NCBI GenBank assembly: GCA_050953885.1
Contig: JBMNNJ010000001.1
Location: 9,137 to 73,136, forward strand
Direction of reading: 5' to 3'
DNA from: Patescibacteria group bacterium
GTDB lineage: Bacteria > Patescibacteriota > Microgenomatia > 0-14-0-10-38-17
DNA: 64,000 nucleotides
The position numbers and the translations under genes are program-made. Within the stretch, counting starts at the first letter, position 1. Every line of letters begins with the position of its first letter. Positions 9,370-18,073 of the stretch are shown here, one piece after another. Below the pieces are notes generated by a model. It ran no database searches. It saw only the letters and a program-made list of their open reading frames with translations, and was not told where the DNA came from.

Positions 9370-11070
9370 ATGATTCTTATGGAGGAAAAGTGGCAGATTA
9401 AGGGAGAGATTAAAAGTAAAGAAAAAAAAGAACGGCGCGAGGAAATTATTAATCTTTTGCTTTTGAACCGGGGCATTTCCCCCGTTGAAAAGGAGATTTT
9501 TTTTAATCCTCCTTCGCCAAAGTCGCTGACGGCTGAAGAAGTAGGTCTTTCGCCCGCCTCGCTTTCGCAGGCGAGGAGAAAAATTTTGGCGGCCAAGGAG
9601 AAAAGGCAAAAGATTTTAATTTTTGGCGATTATGATGTGGACGGCATTTGCGGGACGGCGGTTTTGTGGGAAGCTCTTTGGCAGAAGGGCTTTGATGTTT
9701 TGCCCTATCTTCCCAAGAGAAGTGAAGGCTATGGCGTTAGCGCTAAAACAATCGCCCGCCTTAAAAAAGAAAATCCCGGTCTAGGCTTGGTAATCACCGT
9801 TGATAATGGCATTGTTGCCCGGGAAGAAATTGAAGGAATTTTAAAGCAGGGTGTTGAGGTGGTGGTGAGCGACCACCATTTAAAGCAGGAAAAGAAAACA
9901 CCTAAGGCAACTTTAGTTTGGAGCCCGAAAATTTGCGGGGCGGCGGTGGCTTATTTTTTAGCGGCCGAATTTAGTGATGACTCCGATGGTCTTGATTTGG
10001 TGGGGCTGGCAACGGCGGCGGACTTGATGCCTCAGACAATGGTTAATCGGATTTTTTTAAAAGCCGGCCTGCGCTCTTTGCGGCAAACTTCTCGGCCGGG
10101 CCTTTTGGCGTTATTTAATGAGGCAGGGATTCAAAAAGATTTGCTTGACTCTTACCACTTGGGTTATATTATCTGCCCGCGTCTTAACGCTACCGGTCGG
10201 CTTGATGACGCGATGGACTCGTTGCGGCTTTTGTGCACCCGCGATACCCAGCGGGCTGCTGGCTTGGCTAAAAGATTAGGGCAAGAGAACCAAGCGCGGC
10301 AAAACCTTACCCAAAAAGCGCTGGCGCAAGCAGAAGCGGAAATTTTAAAAAATCCTGAGGAGCAAAAACTGCTTTTTGTTTATTCTCCCGATTTTCATCC
10401 GGGAATTATTGGTTTGGTGGCGGGAAAATTAGCGGATAAGTTTTGCCGGCCGGCGGTGGTGGCGACGGCGGTGGACGGGATAATTAAGGCCTCTTGCCGT
10501 TCTCCGGAGGGTTTTAATATCTTGTTGGCGCTTAAAAAAATTGAAGACTATTTTTTTGATTTGGGCGGTCATCCCCGCGCCGCCGGCTTAAGTTTTTCTA
10601 AAAAAAATCTTTCCAAGGTTCAAAAAGCTTTAACACAAATTGGGCGGGAAATTAATCCGCGGCTTTTGGTTCCCAAGCTTAACATTGATGCCCAAGTGCG
10701 TTTTTCCGATTTAAATTTTACTCTTTGGGAACTTTTGGAAAAATTTTCTCCCTTTGGTTTGGGTAATCCCCAACCGCTTTTTTCTACCCCGGATGTTATA
10801 ATTGGAGGAGTAAGGAGACTGGGTCAAAACGGGGCGCATTTGCGTTTGATTTTGGATGATTTGTCCACCCGGCGGGAGGAAAAAGCGGTGGCTCTCTGGC
10901 CGGCGCAGGAGTCGGAGGCGGTTTTTGACGGGGTGGGCTTTAATATGGGGAATTTGGACTTAAAAGCCGGCGACCGGGTGGCTGTTGCCTACCACCTCTC
11001 CCTTAATGAATGGCAAGGGCGAAGAAATTTAGAATTAAAATTAGTCTCCCTTAAGAAAAAGAATGATTAA
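9370..11070 (+). CDS. recJ: single-stranded-DNA-specific exonuclease RecJ (start adjusted to internal Met; the 9256 start overlaps the repeat)
   Basis: DHH motifs (ILIFGDYDVDGICG, VSDHH), DHHA1 and C-terminal OB domains. Confidence 0.85.
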   Translation: MILMEEKWQIKGEIKSKEKKERREEIINLLLLNRGISPVEKEIFFNPPSPKSLTAEEVGLSPASLSQARRKILAAKEKRQKILIFGDYDVDGICGTAVLWEALWQKGFDVLPYLPKRSEGYGVSAKTIARLKKENPGLGLVITVDNGIVAREEIEGILKQGVEVVVSDHHLKQEKKTPKATLVWSPKICGAAVAYFLAAEFSDDSDGLDLVGLATAADLMPQTMVNRIFLKAGLRSLRQTSRPGLLALFNEAGIQKDLLDSYHLGYIICPRLNATGRLDDAMDSLRLLCTRDTQRAAGLAKRLGQENQARQNLTQKALAQAEAEILKNPEEQKLLFVYSPDFHPGIIGLVAGKLADKFCRPAVVATAVDGIIKASCRSPEGFNILLALKKIEDYFFDLGGHPRAAGLSFSKKNLSKVQKALTQIGREINPRLLVPKLNIDAQVRFSDLNFTLWELLEKFSPFGLGNPQPLFSTPDVIIGGVRRLGQNGAHLRLILDDLSTRREEKAVALWPAQESEAVFDGVGFNMGNLDLKAGDRVAVAYHLSLNEWQGRRNLELKLVSLKKKND

Positions 11071-12565
11071 GCTTAAAAAAGAAGCGCTCGATTTTTCTAA
11101 TCTTTTAAAAAAGGTTTCTTCTTATCACCCTGCCCCCGATTTTTCCCTACTGGAAAGAAGTTATCAGTTGGCCCAAGAGGCTCATCAGGGGCAAAAGCGA
11201 CTTTCTGGCGAGCCGGTAATTAACCATTGCTTAACAGTGGCCCATTATTTGGCCGATTGGCGTCTGGATTGCGCTTCTCTTGCCGCCGGGTTGCTTCATG
11301 ATGCGGTCGAAGATACCAGCCTTGGCTTGGAAAAGATTAAAAAAGAATTAGGGGAGGATGTGGCTAAATTAGTCGACGGGGTAACTAAAGTAGGCCGCTT
11401 AAGGATGCGAGGTCCGGCCAGCGAGGATTTTATTGAAACCTTGCGGAAGATGTTTTTGGCCATGTCGCGCGATTTGCGGGTGGTGATTATTAAAATTGCC
11501 GACCGCTACCATAATATGAAAACGCTTGAATATCTTCCCCCCGATAAAGCAAGGGGGATTGCCGAGGAAACCTTGGAGGTTTATGCGCCCTTAGCCGAAC
11601 GGTTGGGGATTGGGGAAATTAAAGGCCAGCTTGAAGATCTGGCTTTCCCCTATGTTTATCCCGAAGATTATCAGTGGCTAAAAAAATACGCCGCTCCCTA
11701 TTACCAGAAGGCAGAGAAGCGAATTGAGCGGGTGAGGCGGGAGCTTTTGCATGCTTTGGCGCAGGAAGGCTTGCGGGTGGAAATAAACGGTCGGGCGAAG
11801 CATCTTTATAGTCTTTGGCGCAAGCTTTTACGACCGGAAATTAATAAAGACATTGAAAAGGTTTACGACTTAATGGCTTTGCGTATTCTAACCGAGCGGA
11901 TGGCGGATTGCTACACGGCCCTTGGGGTGGTCCATAAGCTTTATCGGCCGGTTCCTTATTTGGGAGTGCGTGATTGGATTGCCCAACCCAAACCTAATGG
12001 CTACCAGTCGATTCACACCAATGTTTTTTTAGGTGACGGCCGGATTATTGAGGTGCAAATTCGCACCCGCCGAATGCACGAACAGGCTGAGTATGGTATT
12101 GCCGCCCATTGGTATCTGGCCCAACTAAAGTTAAAAAATAAATTAACCTCAAAGATAATCGATGAGGGAAGGTTTTTCTCGCCGGCAGAAAAATTGACTT
12201 GGGTGCGTCAGCTGGCCGATTGGCAAAAAGAAATTATCGATTCCCATGAGTTTATTGACTCGGTTAAATTTGACGCTCTTTCTCACCGGATTTTTGTTTT
12301 TTCTCCCAAGGGGGACGCCTATGATCTTCCTGAAGGAGCCACGCCGGTAGATTTTGCTTATGCAGTTCATAGCCAGTTGGGAGACCAAGCCGTTGGGGCA
12401 AAGGTGAACGGAAAAATGGTTCCTCTTGATTATCATCTTAAAAGTGGGGAAGTAGTGGAAATTTTAGTTAATAAAAACAAGAAAAGCCCATCGGCTGATT
12501 GGCTTGATTTTGTGGTTACCCGTCAGGCAAGGAAGAAAATTAGCCAAAAATTAAGGTATAATTAG
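11063..12565 (+). CDS. relA/spoT: RelA/SpoT-family (p)ppGpp synthetase/hydrolase (short form: HD + synthetase + TGS)
   Basis: HD domain (HD at LLHDAVEDT), synthetase motif (RAKHLYSLWRK), TGS domain; the recJ-relA adjacency is conserved in many bacteria. Confidence 0.85.
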   Translation: MIKLKKEALDFSNLLKKVSSYHPAPDFSLLERSYQLAQEAHQGQKRLSGEPVINHCLTVAHYLADWRLDCASLAAGLLHDAVEDTSLGLEKIKKELGEDVAKLVDGVTKVGRLRMRGPASEDFIETLRKMFLAMSRDLRVVIIKIADRYHNMKTLEYLPPDKARGIAEETLEVYAPLAERLGIGEIKGQLEDLAFPYVYPEDYQWLKKYAAPYYQKAEKRIERVRRELLHALAQEGLRVEINGRAKHLYSLWRKLLRPEINKDIEKVYDLMALRILTERMADCYTALGVVHKLYRPVPYLGVRDWIAQPKPNGYQSIHTNVFLGDGRIIEVQIRTRRMHEQAEYGIAAHWYLAQLKLKNKLTSKIIDEGRFFSPAEKLTWVRQLADWQKEIIDSHEFIDSVKFDALSHRIFVFSPKGDAYDLPEGATPVDFAYAVHSQLGDQAVGAKVNGKMVPLDYHLKSGEVVEILVNKNKKSPSADWLDFVVTRQARKKISQKLRYN

Positions 12566-12576
12566 AAAGATTAAAA

Positions 12577-12626
12577 GACGCGAATGGACACGAATAGGAA
12601 ACGAATAGACGCGAATGAGCGAATAA
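12577..12626. repeat. phased ACGAAT tandem repeat block (copy 2)
   Basis: gacgcgaatg gacacgaatag gaaacgaatag acgcgaatga gcgaata: 10-11-bp units; followed by hairpin ggggcgtaTTGCatacgcccg at 12632-12652. Confidence 0.6.
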
Positions 12627-12674
12627 AATGTAGGGGCGTATTGCATACGCCCGCAACAATTTAGCAATTTAATA

Positions 12675-14045
12675 ATGAAGTCTCTATTTTCCGACCGCAC
12701 TCTTATTGCCGAGACGCCCCAAAAGGTTGGTCAAAAAGTGAGGCTTTTTGGCTGGGTTAACAGCGTTCGTGATCATGGAAAACTGGTTTTTGTGGATCTT
12801 CGCGATCAAAGTGGCGTTGTCCAAATCGTTGGCGTCAAAGAAGTTTTAGGCAGGGTTAAAAATGAATTTGTGGTTTGTCTTGAGGGGGAGGTAAAAAAGC
12901 GGCCGGAAAAGTTAGTTAATCCTAAAATTAGCACTGGCGGGGTGGAAGTGGCGGCCAAAAGTTTGGAAATTTTATCATCAGCCAAAGAATTACCTTTTGA
13001 TATTTACGGTACGGGACGAAAAATAAACGAGGATTTACGCTTAAAATATCGCTATCTTGACCTGCGCCGGCCACGATTACGAAATAATTTATTTCTCCGC
13101 CACCAACTTTTACAAACTTTTCGCCAAACATTGGTGAAGCATGGTTTTTGGGAAGTAGAGACGCCTAATTTAAGCAAATCTACCCCCGAGGGAGCGCGGG
13201 ATTTTTTAGTGCCCTCTCGACTTCAGCCGGGAAAATTTTATGCCCTGCCCCAAAGCCCCCAACAGTACAAGCAACTTTTAATGGTGGCCGGTTTGGAGCG
13301 TTATTTTCAAATTGCCGCCTGTTTTCGTGATGAAGATTTGCGGGCTGATCGCCAGCTTGAGTTTAAGCAAGTTGATTTGGAAATGTCGTTTGTTGATAGG
13401 GAAGCGGTTTTGGCGGAAGTGGAAGAAGTAATGATTGAGGTAATGAAGGCTCTTGGGAAGCCAATTTCAAAAATCCCCTTTCCCCGCTTAACTTATAAAG
13501 AAGCGCTGGAGAAGTATCATTCTGATAAGCCCGATTTACGGTCAAAAAAAGATGAGAAAAAATTTGCCTTTGCCTGGGTGATTGACTTTCCGCTTTTTGA
13601 AAAAACACCCCAGCGGACAATTGCCCCGGTACATCACCCTTTTACCAGCCCTAATCCTGAAGATTTGCCGCTTTTGGAAAAAAGCCCTTTAAAAGTGCGT
13701 TCCTGGCAATATGATTTAGTTTGTAACGGGCAGGAAGTGGGGGGAGGGAGCATCAGGATCACTGATCCCAAGATTCAGGAAAAAGTTTTTACGATTCTGG
13801 GCCACTCTAAAGAAGAAATTAGGCAAAAATTTGGCCATTTACTAACCGCTTTTGAATATGGCGTGCCGCCTGAAGGAGGGATTGCTTTGGGCTTTGATCG
13901 CTTGGCGGCAATTCTTTCCGGTGAGGAGAGCATTCGCGAGGTGATTGCTTTTCCGGTTAATACCGCTGGTAAAACGGCGGTAATGGACGCTCCCTCCACG
14001 GTTGCCGAAGAACAGCTGAAGGAGTTGGGGATAAAAATAAAATAA
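12675..14045 (+). CDS. aspS: aspartyl-tRNA synthetase (short type)
   Basis: N-terminal OB anticodon-binding domain; class II motifs (FRDEDLRADRQLEFKQVDLEMSF; GGGSIRI; GLGFDRL). Confidence 0.9.
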   Translation: MKSLFSDRTLIAETPQKVGQKVRLFGWVNSVRDHGKLVFVDLRDQSGVVQIVGVKEVLGRVKNEFVVCLEGEVKKRPEKLVNPKISTGGVEVAAKSLEILSSAKELPFDIYGTGRKINEDLRLKYRYLDLRRPRLRNNLFLRHQLLQTFRQTLVKHGFWEVETPNLSKSTPEGARDFLVPSRLQPGKFYALPQSPQQYKQLLMVAGLERYFQIAACFRDEDLRADRQLEFKQVDLEMSFVDREAVLAEVEEVMIEVMKALGKPISKIPFPRLTYKEALEKYHSDKPDLRSKKDEKKFAFAWVIDFPLFEKTPQRTIAPVHHPFTSPNPEDLPLLEKSPLKVRSWQYDLVCNGQEVGGGSIRITDPKIQEKVFTILGHSKEEIRQKFGHLLTAFEYGVPPEGGIALGFDRLAAILSGEESIREVIAFPVNTAGKTAVMDAPSTVAEEQLKELGIKIK

Positions 14046-14390
14046 AAGTCAAAATTCAAAATTAAAAATTCAAAAGTCAAAAGGCAAAAGGCAAAAAGTT
14101 AGCAACTCGTAATTATCTCCTGTCGGAAGACAGCGGACTGTCCGTTATTGTCATTCTGACGAAAGTCAGAATCTGCTTTTGGCAGGTATTAAGACAGATC
14201 CTGATTTCCATCAGGATGACGAATTGTACCCATTATACATTACGAGTTACACATTACATATTACGGATTGCTGATTTTTCATTTTGCTCCGCCAGCAGGC
14301 GGACAAGTCAAAAGTTAAAAGTTTCTGTTTTACTTTTAAATTTTAACTTGTACTTTTGACTTTTAAATTTTGAATTTTTACTTTATTTGG
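14046..14390. repeat. long composite palindromic intergenic element built from (A/C/G)AAAAG-type heptamers, with nested hairpin modules
   Basis: Left arm aaaagtcaaaattcaaaa...ggcaaaaag (14046-14098) complementary to right arm cttttgacttttaaattttgaattttt (14330-14385); internal hairpins tctgacgaaagtcaga, gatcctgatttccatcaggatg, ccgccagcaggcgg. Confidence 0.65.
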
Positions 14391-14393
14391 TTT

Positions 14394-15341
14394 ATGCCCT
14401 TTTTCAAGTTTCTTCCTCTTTTCCTACTTTCCCTTACTTTTCTTTTTTTGCCCGGCAATTCTTATTACGAAACTCTTAATTTAACACCGGCGGTTTCTAA
14501 AACAGCGTCTTTCGAGAGTTTTCCCTCGCTCCCACCTTTGCCGCAAAAGCGGCTAAACTTGCCGATTTCTTTAAGTGCTAAGGCCTCACTTTTACTTGAT
14601 TATTCCTCGGGGGTGGTTTTCTGGCGGCAAAATGAAGAAGAAAAACTCCCACCGGCCTCCTTGACCAAACTCATCACTGCTTTAATTGTTTTGGAGGAGA
14701 TGGATAAGGAACAAGTTGTTACCATTAATCGTGTCGAAAATTATGGGCAGGTGATGGGCTTGACAGCTGGCGAGCGAATGAAGGTAGACGATTTGCTTAA
14801 GGCGCTTTTAATTTTTTCCGCTAACGACGCCGCTTATGCTCTGGCGGATGCCTATCCCGGCGGCCGGGAAGCTTTTATTAACCGCGCCAATGCCCGGGTC
14901 CAAGAATTAGGCTTAAAAAATACCCATTTTGTTAACCCTAATGGTGAGGATAATCCTAACCATTATTCTACCGCTTGGGATTTGGCGCGTTTGGCCCAGA
15001 GGCTTTGGCGTTTTGAAGAATTTCGCCAGATTGTTTCTCAAAACCAGACACTTGTTTGCGATGTTAGCGGTTTGGTTTGTCATCCCCTTTATACTACCGA
15101 TGAGCTTTTGGGCGAATTCCCTGGCCTGGTGGGTGGCAAAACCGGCTTTACCGAGCAGGCAGGCGAATGTTTTCTTTCTTTTTGGGAGCTTGACGGGGTA
15201 CGACTTTTAAGCGTGGTTTTGGGAAGCGGTGATCGCTTTGGCGATACCCAAAAATTGCTTCAATGGGGTTTGACTAGTTTTGATTATTCGCCGGTGGAAG
15301 CGGTTTCTTTTATCCAAGAAGATTCGATAGCGGGAAGATAG
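14394..15341 (+). CDS. dacA: D-alanyl-D-alanine carboxypeptidase (peptidase S11, PBP5-like)
   Basis: Signal peptide; SxxK (ASLTK) and SxN (SAND) active-site motifs. Confidence 0.75.
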   Translation: MPFFKFLPLFLLSLTFLFLPGNSYYETLNLTPAVSKTASFESFPSLPPLPQKRLNLPISLSAKASLLLDYSSGVVFWRQNEEEKLPPASLTKLITALIVLEEMDKEQVVTINRVENYGQVMGLTAGERMKVDDLLKALLIFSANDAAYALADAYPGGREAFINRANARVQELGLKNTHFVNPNGEDNPNHYSTAWDLARLAQRLWRFEEFRQIVSQNQTLVCDVSGLVCHPLYTTDELLGEFPGLVGGKTGFTEQAGECFLSFWELDGVRLLSVVLGSGDRFGDTQKLLQWGLTSFDYSPVEAVSFIQEDSIAGR

Positions 15342-16357
15342 GCGATGAAGTCGTTATCCCCTTCAAAAACAAAAATAGGCTGGAGAAAATTTTGCGGCAA
15401 AGAAGGATCAAAATAGGCAAGATAAATACGGCGAATAATGACGGGTTTATCGGGAGTGTTGTTGCCTAAATTGCCCACGTAAGCCTTGCCAGCTTTAAGC
15501 TCTTCCCAGGCAAGGGTGGAATTTTTTAAAGGGTAGGTGGCCACTTGTTCTTGATGTATTGGGAAATGAATGTATTTGCCGGCAATAATTGTGGGTTTAC
15601 CTTCTTTTTGAGCAACAAAGAAAGAGATATTGCTGTCTTGAGGATTGGGAGGAAGAATGGGTAGGCCCTCTAAATCGGCGCGAAATAAATTAACCTTAAC
15701 CACCTCGGCTTCGGAAAGAGAAGGGACTAAAGTAAGCTCCCTTCTTTCCTGATGATATTTAAAAAAAAGATTTTTGGTTTTCTCCTCGTTTAAATCATTG
15801 GGCCAGCTGTTGCCGCGGCTAAGAAAATTTTTAATCTCATTTAAAGCTTGTTGGGGAGTGGGTGAGGCCAGGCCGGTAAAAAAGGGATCAGCCTCAAAGG
15901 GGTAACGAACTTCAAAATTTTCATTAAGCATATCAAGCTTTAGTATGGCATTGGTTTGCGGATTTTTAAAAGTATAGCGATAATAAGGATCACGGGTTAC
16001 TTCATTGGGAAATCCCAAAAGGCGGGCTTTTTCTCTCGTTTTTTCCTCGTCAAAGAATTTTGGCCCCACCGTAAAAACAAAGTAAACTTTGGCTTGGGTG
16101 GGCATGCTAGGTAAAACTCCTTCTATGGTTTGGAGTTGAAATTGGTATTCTCCTTGGGATTGGCTTTGGGGAAAGATAATCGCCGGGATTTGGCCAAAGG
16201 CCACGGTGGGGCCCGGCGGAGGCGCGGGATGGGTTTTTTCCCAATAGTTTTGAAAGGCGTTAAAGGCAGGGACAAGGATGCTAATGCCGATAATGCCGAT
16301 AATAGAGTATTTAATAACCTTGCGGGCAGTAACCGCTGTTTCGGTTAGGGTAGGCAT
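15284..16357 (-). CDS. hypothetical membrane-anchored protein
   Basis: N-terminal TM (YSIIGIIGISILVPAF) followed by extracytoplasmic domain; no known motif recognised. Confidence 0.4.
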   Translation of the reverse strand: MPTLTETAVTARKVIKYSIIGIIGISILVPAFNAFQNYWEKTHPAPPPGPTVAFGQIPAIIFPQSQSQGEYQFQLQTIEGVLPSMPTQAKVYFVFTVGPKFFDEEKTREKARLLGFPNEVTRDPYYRYTFKNPQTNAILKLDMLNENFEVRYPFEADPFFTGLASPTPQQALNEIKNFLSRGNSWPNDLNEEKTKNLFFKYHQERRELTLVPSLSEAEVVKVNLFRADLEGLPILPPNPQDSNISFFVAQKEGKPTIIAGKYIHFPIHQEQVATYPLKNSTLAWEELKAGKAYVGNLGNNTPDKPVIIRRIYLAYFDPSLPQNFLQPIFVFEGDNDFIAYLPAIESSWIKETASTGE

Positions 16358-16359
16358 GA

Positions 16360-16565
16360 AAAAAATTCAAAATTCAAAAGGCAAAAGTCATAAATTAAAA
16401 CTCAAAACGCAAATGGCAAATGGCAAAACTACATGGCAAATGTTAAAACTTTTTAAAACTTAAAGTTGTTTTTTAGTTTTGAGTTTTAACATGTAGTTTT
16501 ACGTTTTGCGTTTTGAGATTTGAGTTTATTTATTATCTTTAAGTTTTGATTTAGGCTTTGATTTT
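16360..16565. repeat. AAAAG-heptamer palindromic intergenic element
   Basis: ctcaaaacgcaaatggcaaa...aaactacatg mirrored by catgtagttttacgttttgcgttttgag; lies between divergent genes. Confidence 0.65.
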
Positions 16566-16622
16566 TGTACTTTGCATTGCCTTCTCTTGAGTATAGCACT
16601 GCCAAATGGTAAAATTCAAACT

Positions 16623-18032
16623 ATGAAAGAAAAGGTGCGTGTTCGTTTTGCTCCCTCGCCAACGGGTATTCCTCATATCGGCAACACCCGTACCGCTCTT
16701 TTTGATTGGCTTTTTGCCCGTCAAAATAGAGGCCAATTTGTTGTCCGGATCGAGGATACTGATAGAAAACGCTACCAACCTGAAGCGGAGGAAAAAATTT
16801 TGGAAATTTTGGAGTTTTTAGGTTTAAATTGGGATGAAGGACCAAAAATCGGCGGTCCTTATGGCCCTTATTTTCAATCCCAGCGCTTAGAACTTTATCG
16901 GCAGACAGCAGAGGAATTGGTGCAAAAAGGAGCGGCCTATTATTGTTTTTGCTCGCCCCAAAGACTTGAGAACTTAAGAAAAGAGCAAAAAGAAAGAGGG
17001 CAAATTCCCCGTTACGATCGCCACTGTCTTTTTTTGTCAAAAAAGGAAATTGAGGAAAAGAAACGCGCCGGCCGTTATGTGATTCGCTTAAAAATGCCCG
17101 ATAATAAAGTTTTTTCCTGGCAGGATTTAATCCAAGGAGAAGTGAGAATTAATGCCAAGGAAGTTGATGATCAGGTGCTTTTAAAATCCGACGGATTTCC
17201 TACTTATCATCTGGCGGTGGTGGTGGACGATCATTTGATGAAGATTTCCCATGTTTTTCGGGGGGTAGAGTGGATTTCCTCGGTTCCAAAACACTTGGCT
17301 TTGTACGAGGCCTTGGGTTGGGATGCGCCAAAAATGGCCCATTTGCCGTTAATTTTGGGGCCCGACCGAACGAAACTTTCCAAACGCCACGGAGCGAAAT
17401 CTGTTTTAGACTATCGTGATGAGGGTTATTTAAAAGAAGCCTTGATTAATTTTATGGCCTATTTGGGATGGTCATATAAAGACAATGCTCAACTTTTGTC
17501 GCTTGAAGAACTGAGGCGGGTTTTTAACCTTAAAAGCGTTCAAAAACAAAACGCGATTTTTGATATTAAAAAACTTGACTGGTTTAATGGCCAGTACATT
17601 AGAATGAAGAGCAATGAAGAACTGGTAAAACTTTTAAAGCCTTTTGCTCCAAAAGAAGCCTCGGAAGAAATTTTGGCAAAAATCATTCCCTTAATTAAAG
17701 AAAGAATTGTCAAGTTATCCGATTTTCAAAGTTTGGCCGGTTTTTTCTTTAAAAGACCAAAACCAACTCCTTCTTTATTTAAAGATAAAAATTATAAAAA
17801 CTATCTGGAAAAAGCCGTTGAGGCACTACAGTCTATTGAAGTATGGAATGAACCGGAAATTACCAACGCTTTAATGGCTTTAATTGAAAAAAACGGCTGG
17901 AAAACCGGCGATTTTTTTATGGCTTTGCGAATTGCCATTACCGGTTCTTCTTTTACCCCCCCGATCAACGATTCAATGGCCATTTTAGGCCGCGAGGAAA
18001 CGCTTTCGCGCCTCAAACTGGCGGCGAAATAA
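16623..18032 (+). CDS. gltX: glutamyl-tRNA synthetase (start adjusted to MKEKVRVRF)
   Basis: HIGH motif (PSPTGIPHIGN), KMSKS (KLSKR); class I catalytic core. Confidence 0.9.
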   Translation: MKEKVRVRFAPSPTGIPHIGNTRTALFDWLFARQNRGQFVVRIEDTDRKRYQPEAEEKILEILEFLGLNWDEGPKIGGPYGPYFQSQRLELYRQTAEELVQKGAAYYCFCSPQRLENLRKEQKERGQIPRYDRHCLFLSKKEIEEKKRAGRYVIRLKMPDNKVFSWQDLIQGEVRINAKEVDDQVLLKSDGFPTYHLAVVVDDHLMKISHVFRGVEWISSVPKHLALYEALGWDAPKMAHLPLILGPDRTKLSKRHGAKSVLDYRDEGYLKEALINFMAYLGWSYKDNAQLLSLEELRRVFNLKSVQKQNAIFDIKKLDWFNGQYIRMKSNEELVKLLKPFAPKEASEEILAKIIPLIKERIVKLSDFQSLAGFFFKRPKPTPSLFKDKNYKNYLEKAVEALQSIEVWNEPEITNALMALIEKNGWKTGDFFMALRIAITGSSFTPPINDSMAILGREETLSRLKLAAK

Positions 18033-18073
18033 CTTCATTTATTAATTCTTCTTTATGAGGCAACAGCGCCTTT

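Noticed and set aside
16621-17040. 139-aa minus-strand ORF inside gltX
   Set aside because: It is entirely antisense to the well-supported GluRS gene with its HIGH/KMSKS motifs.
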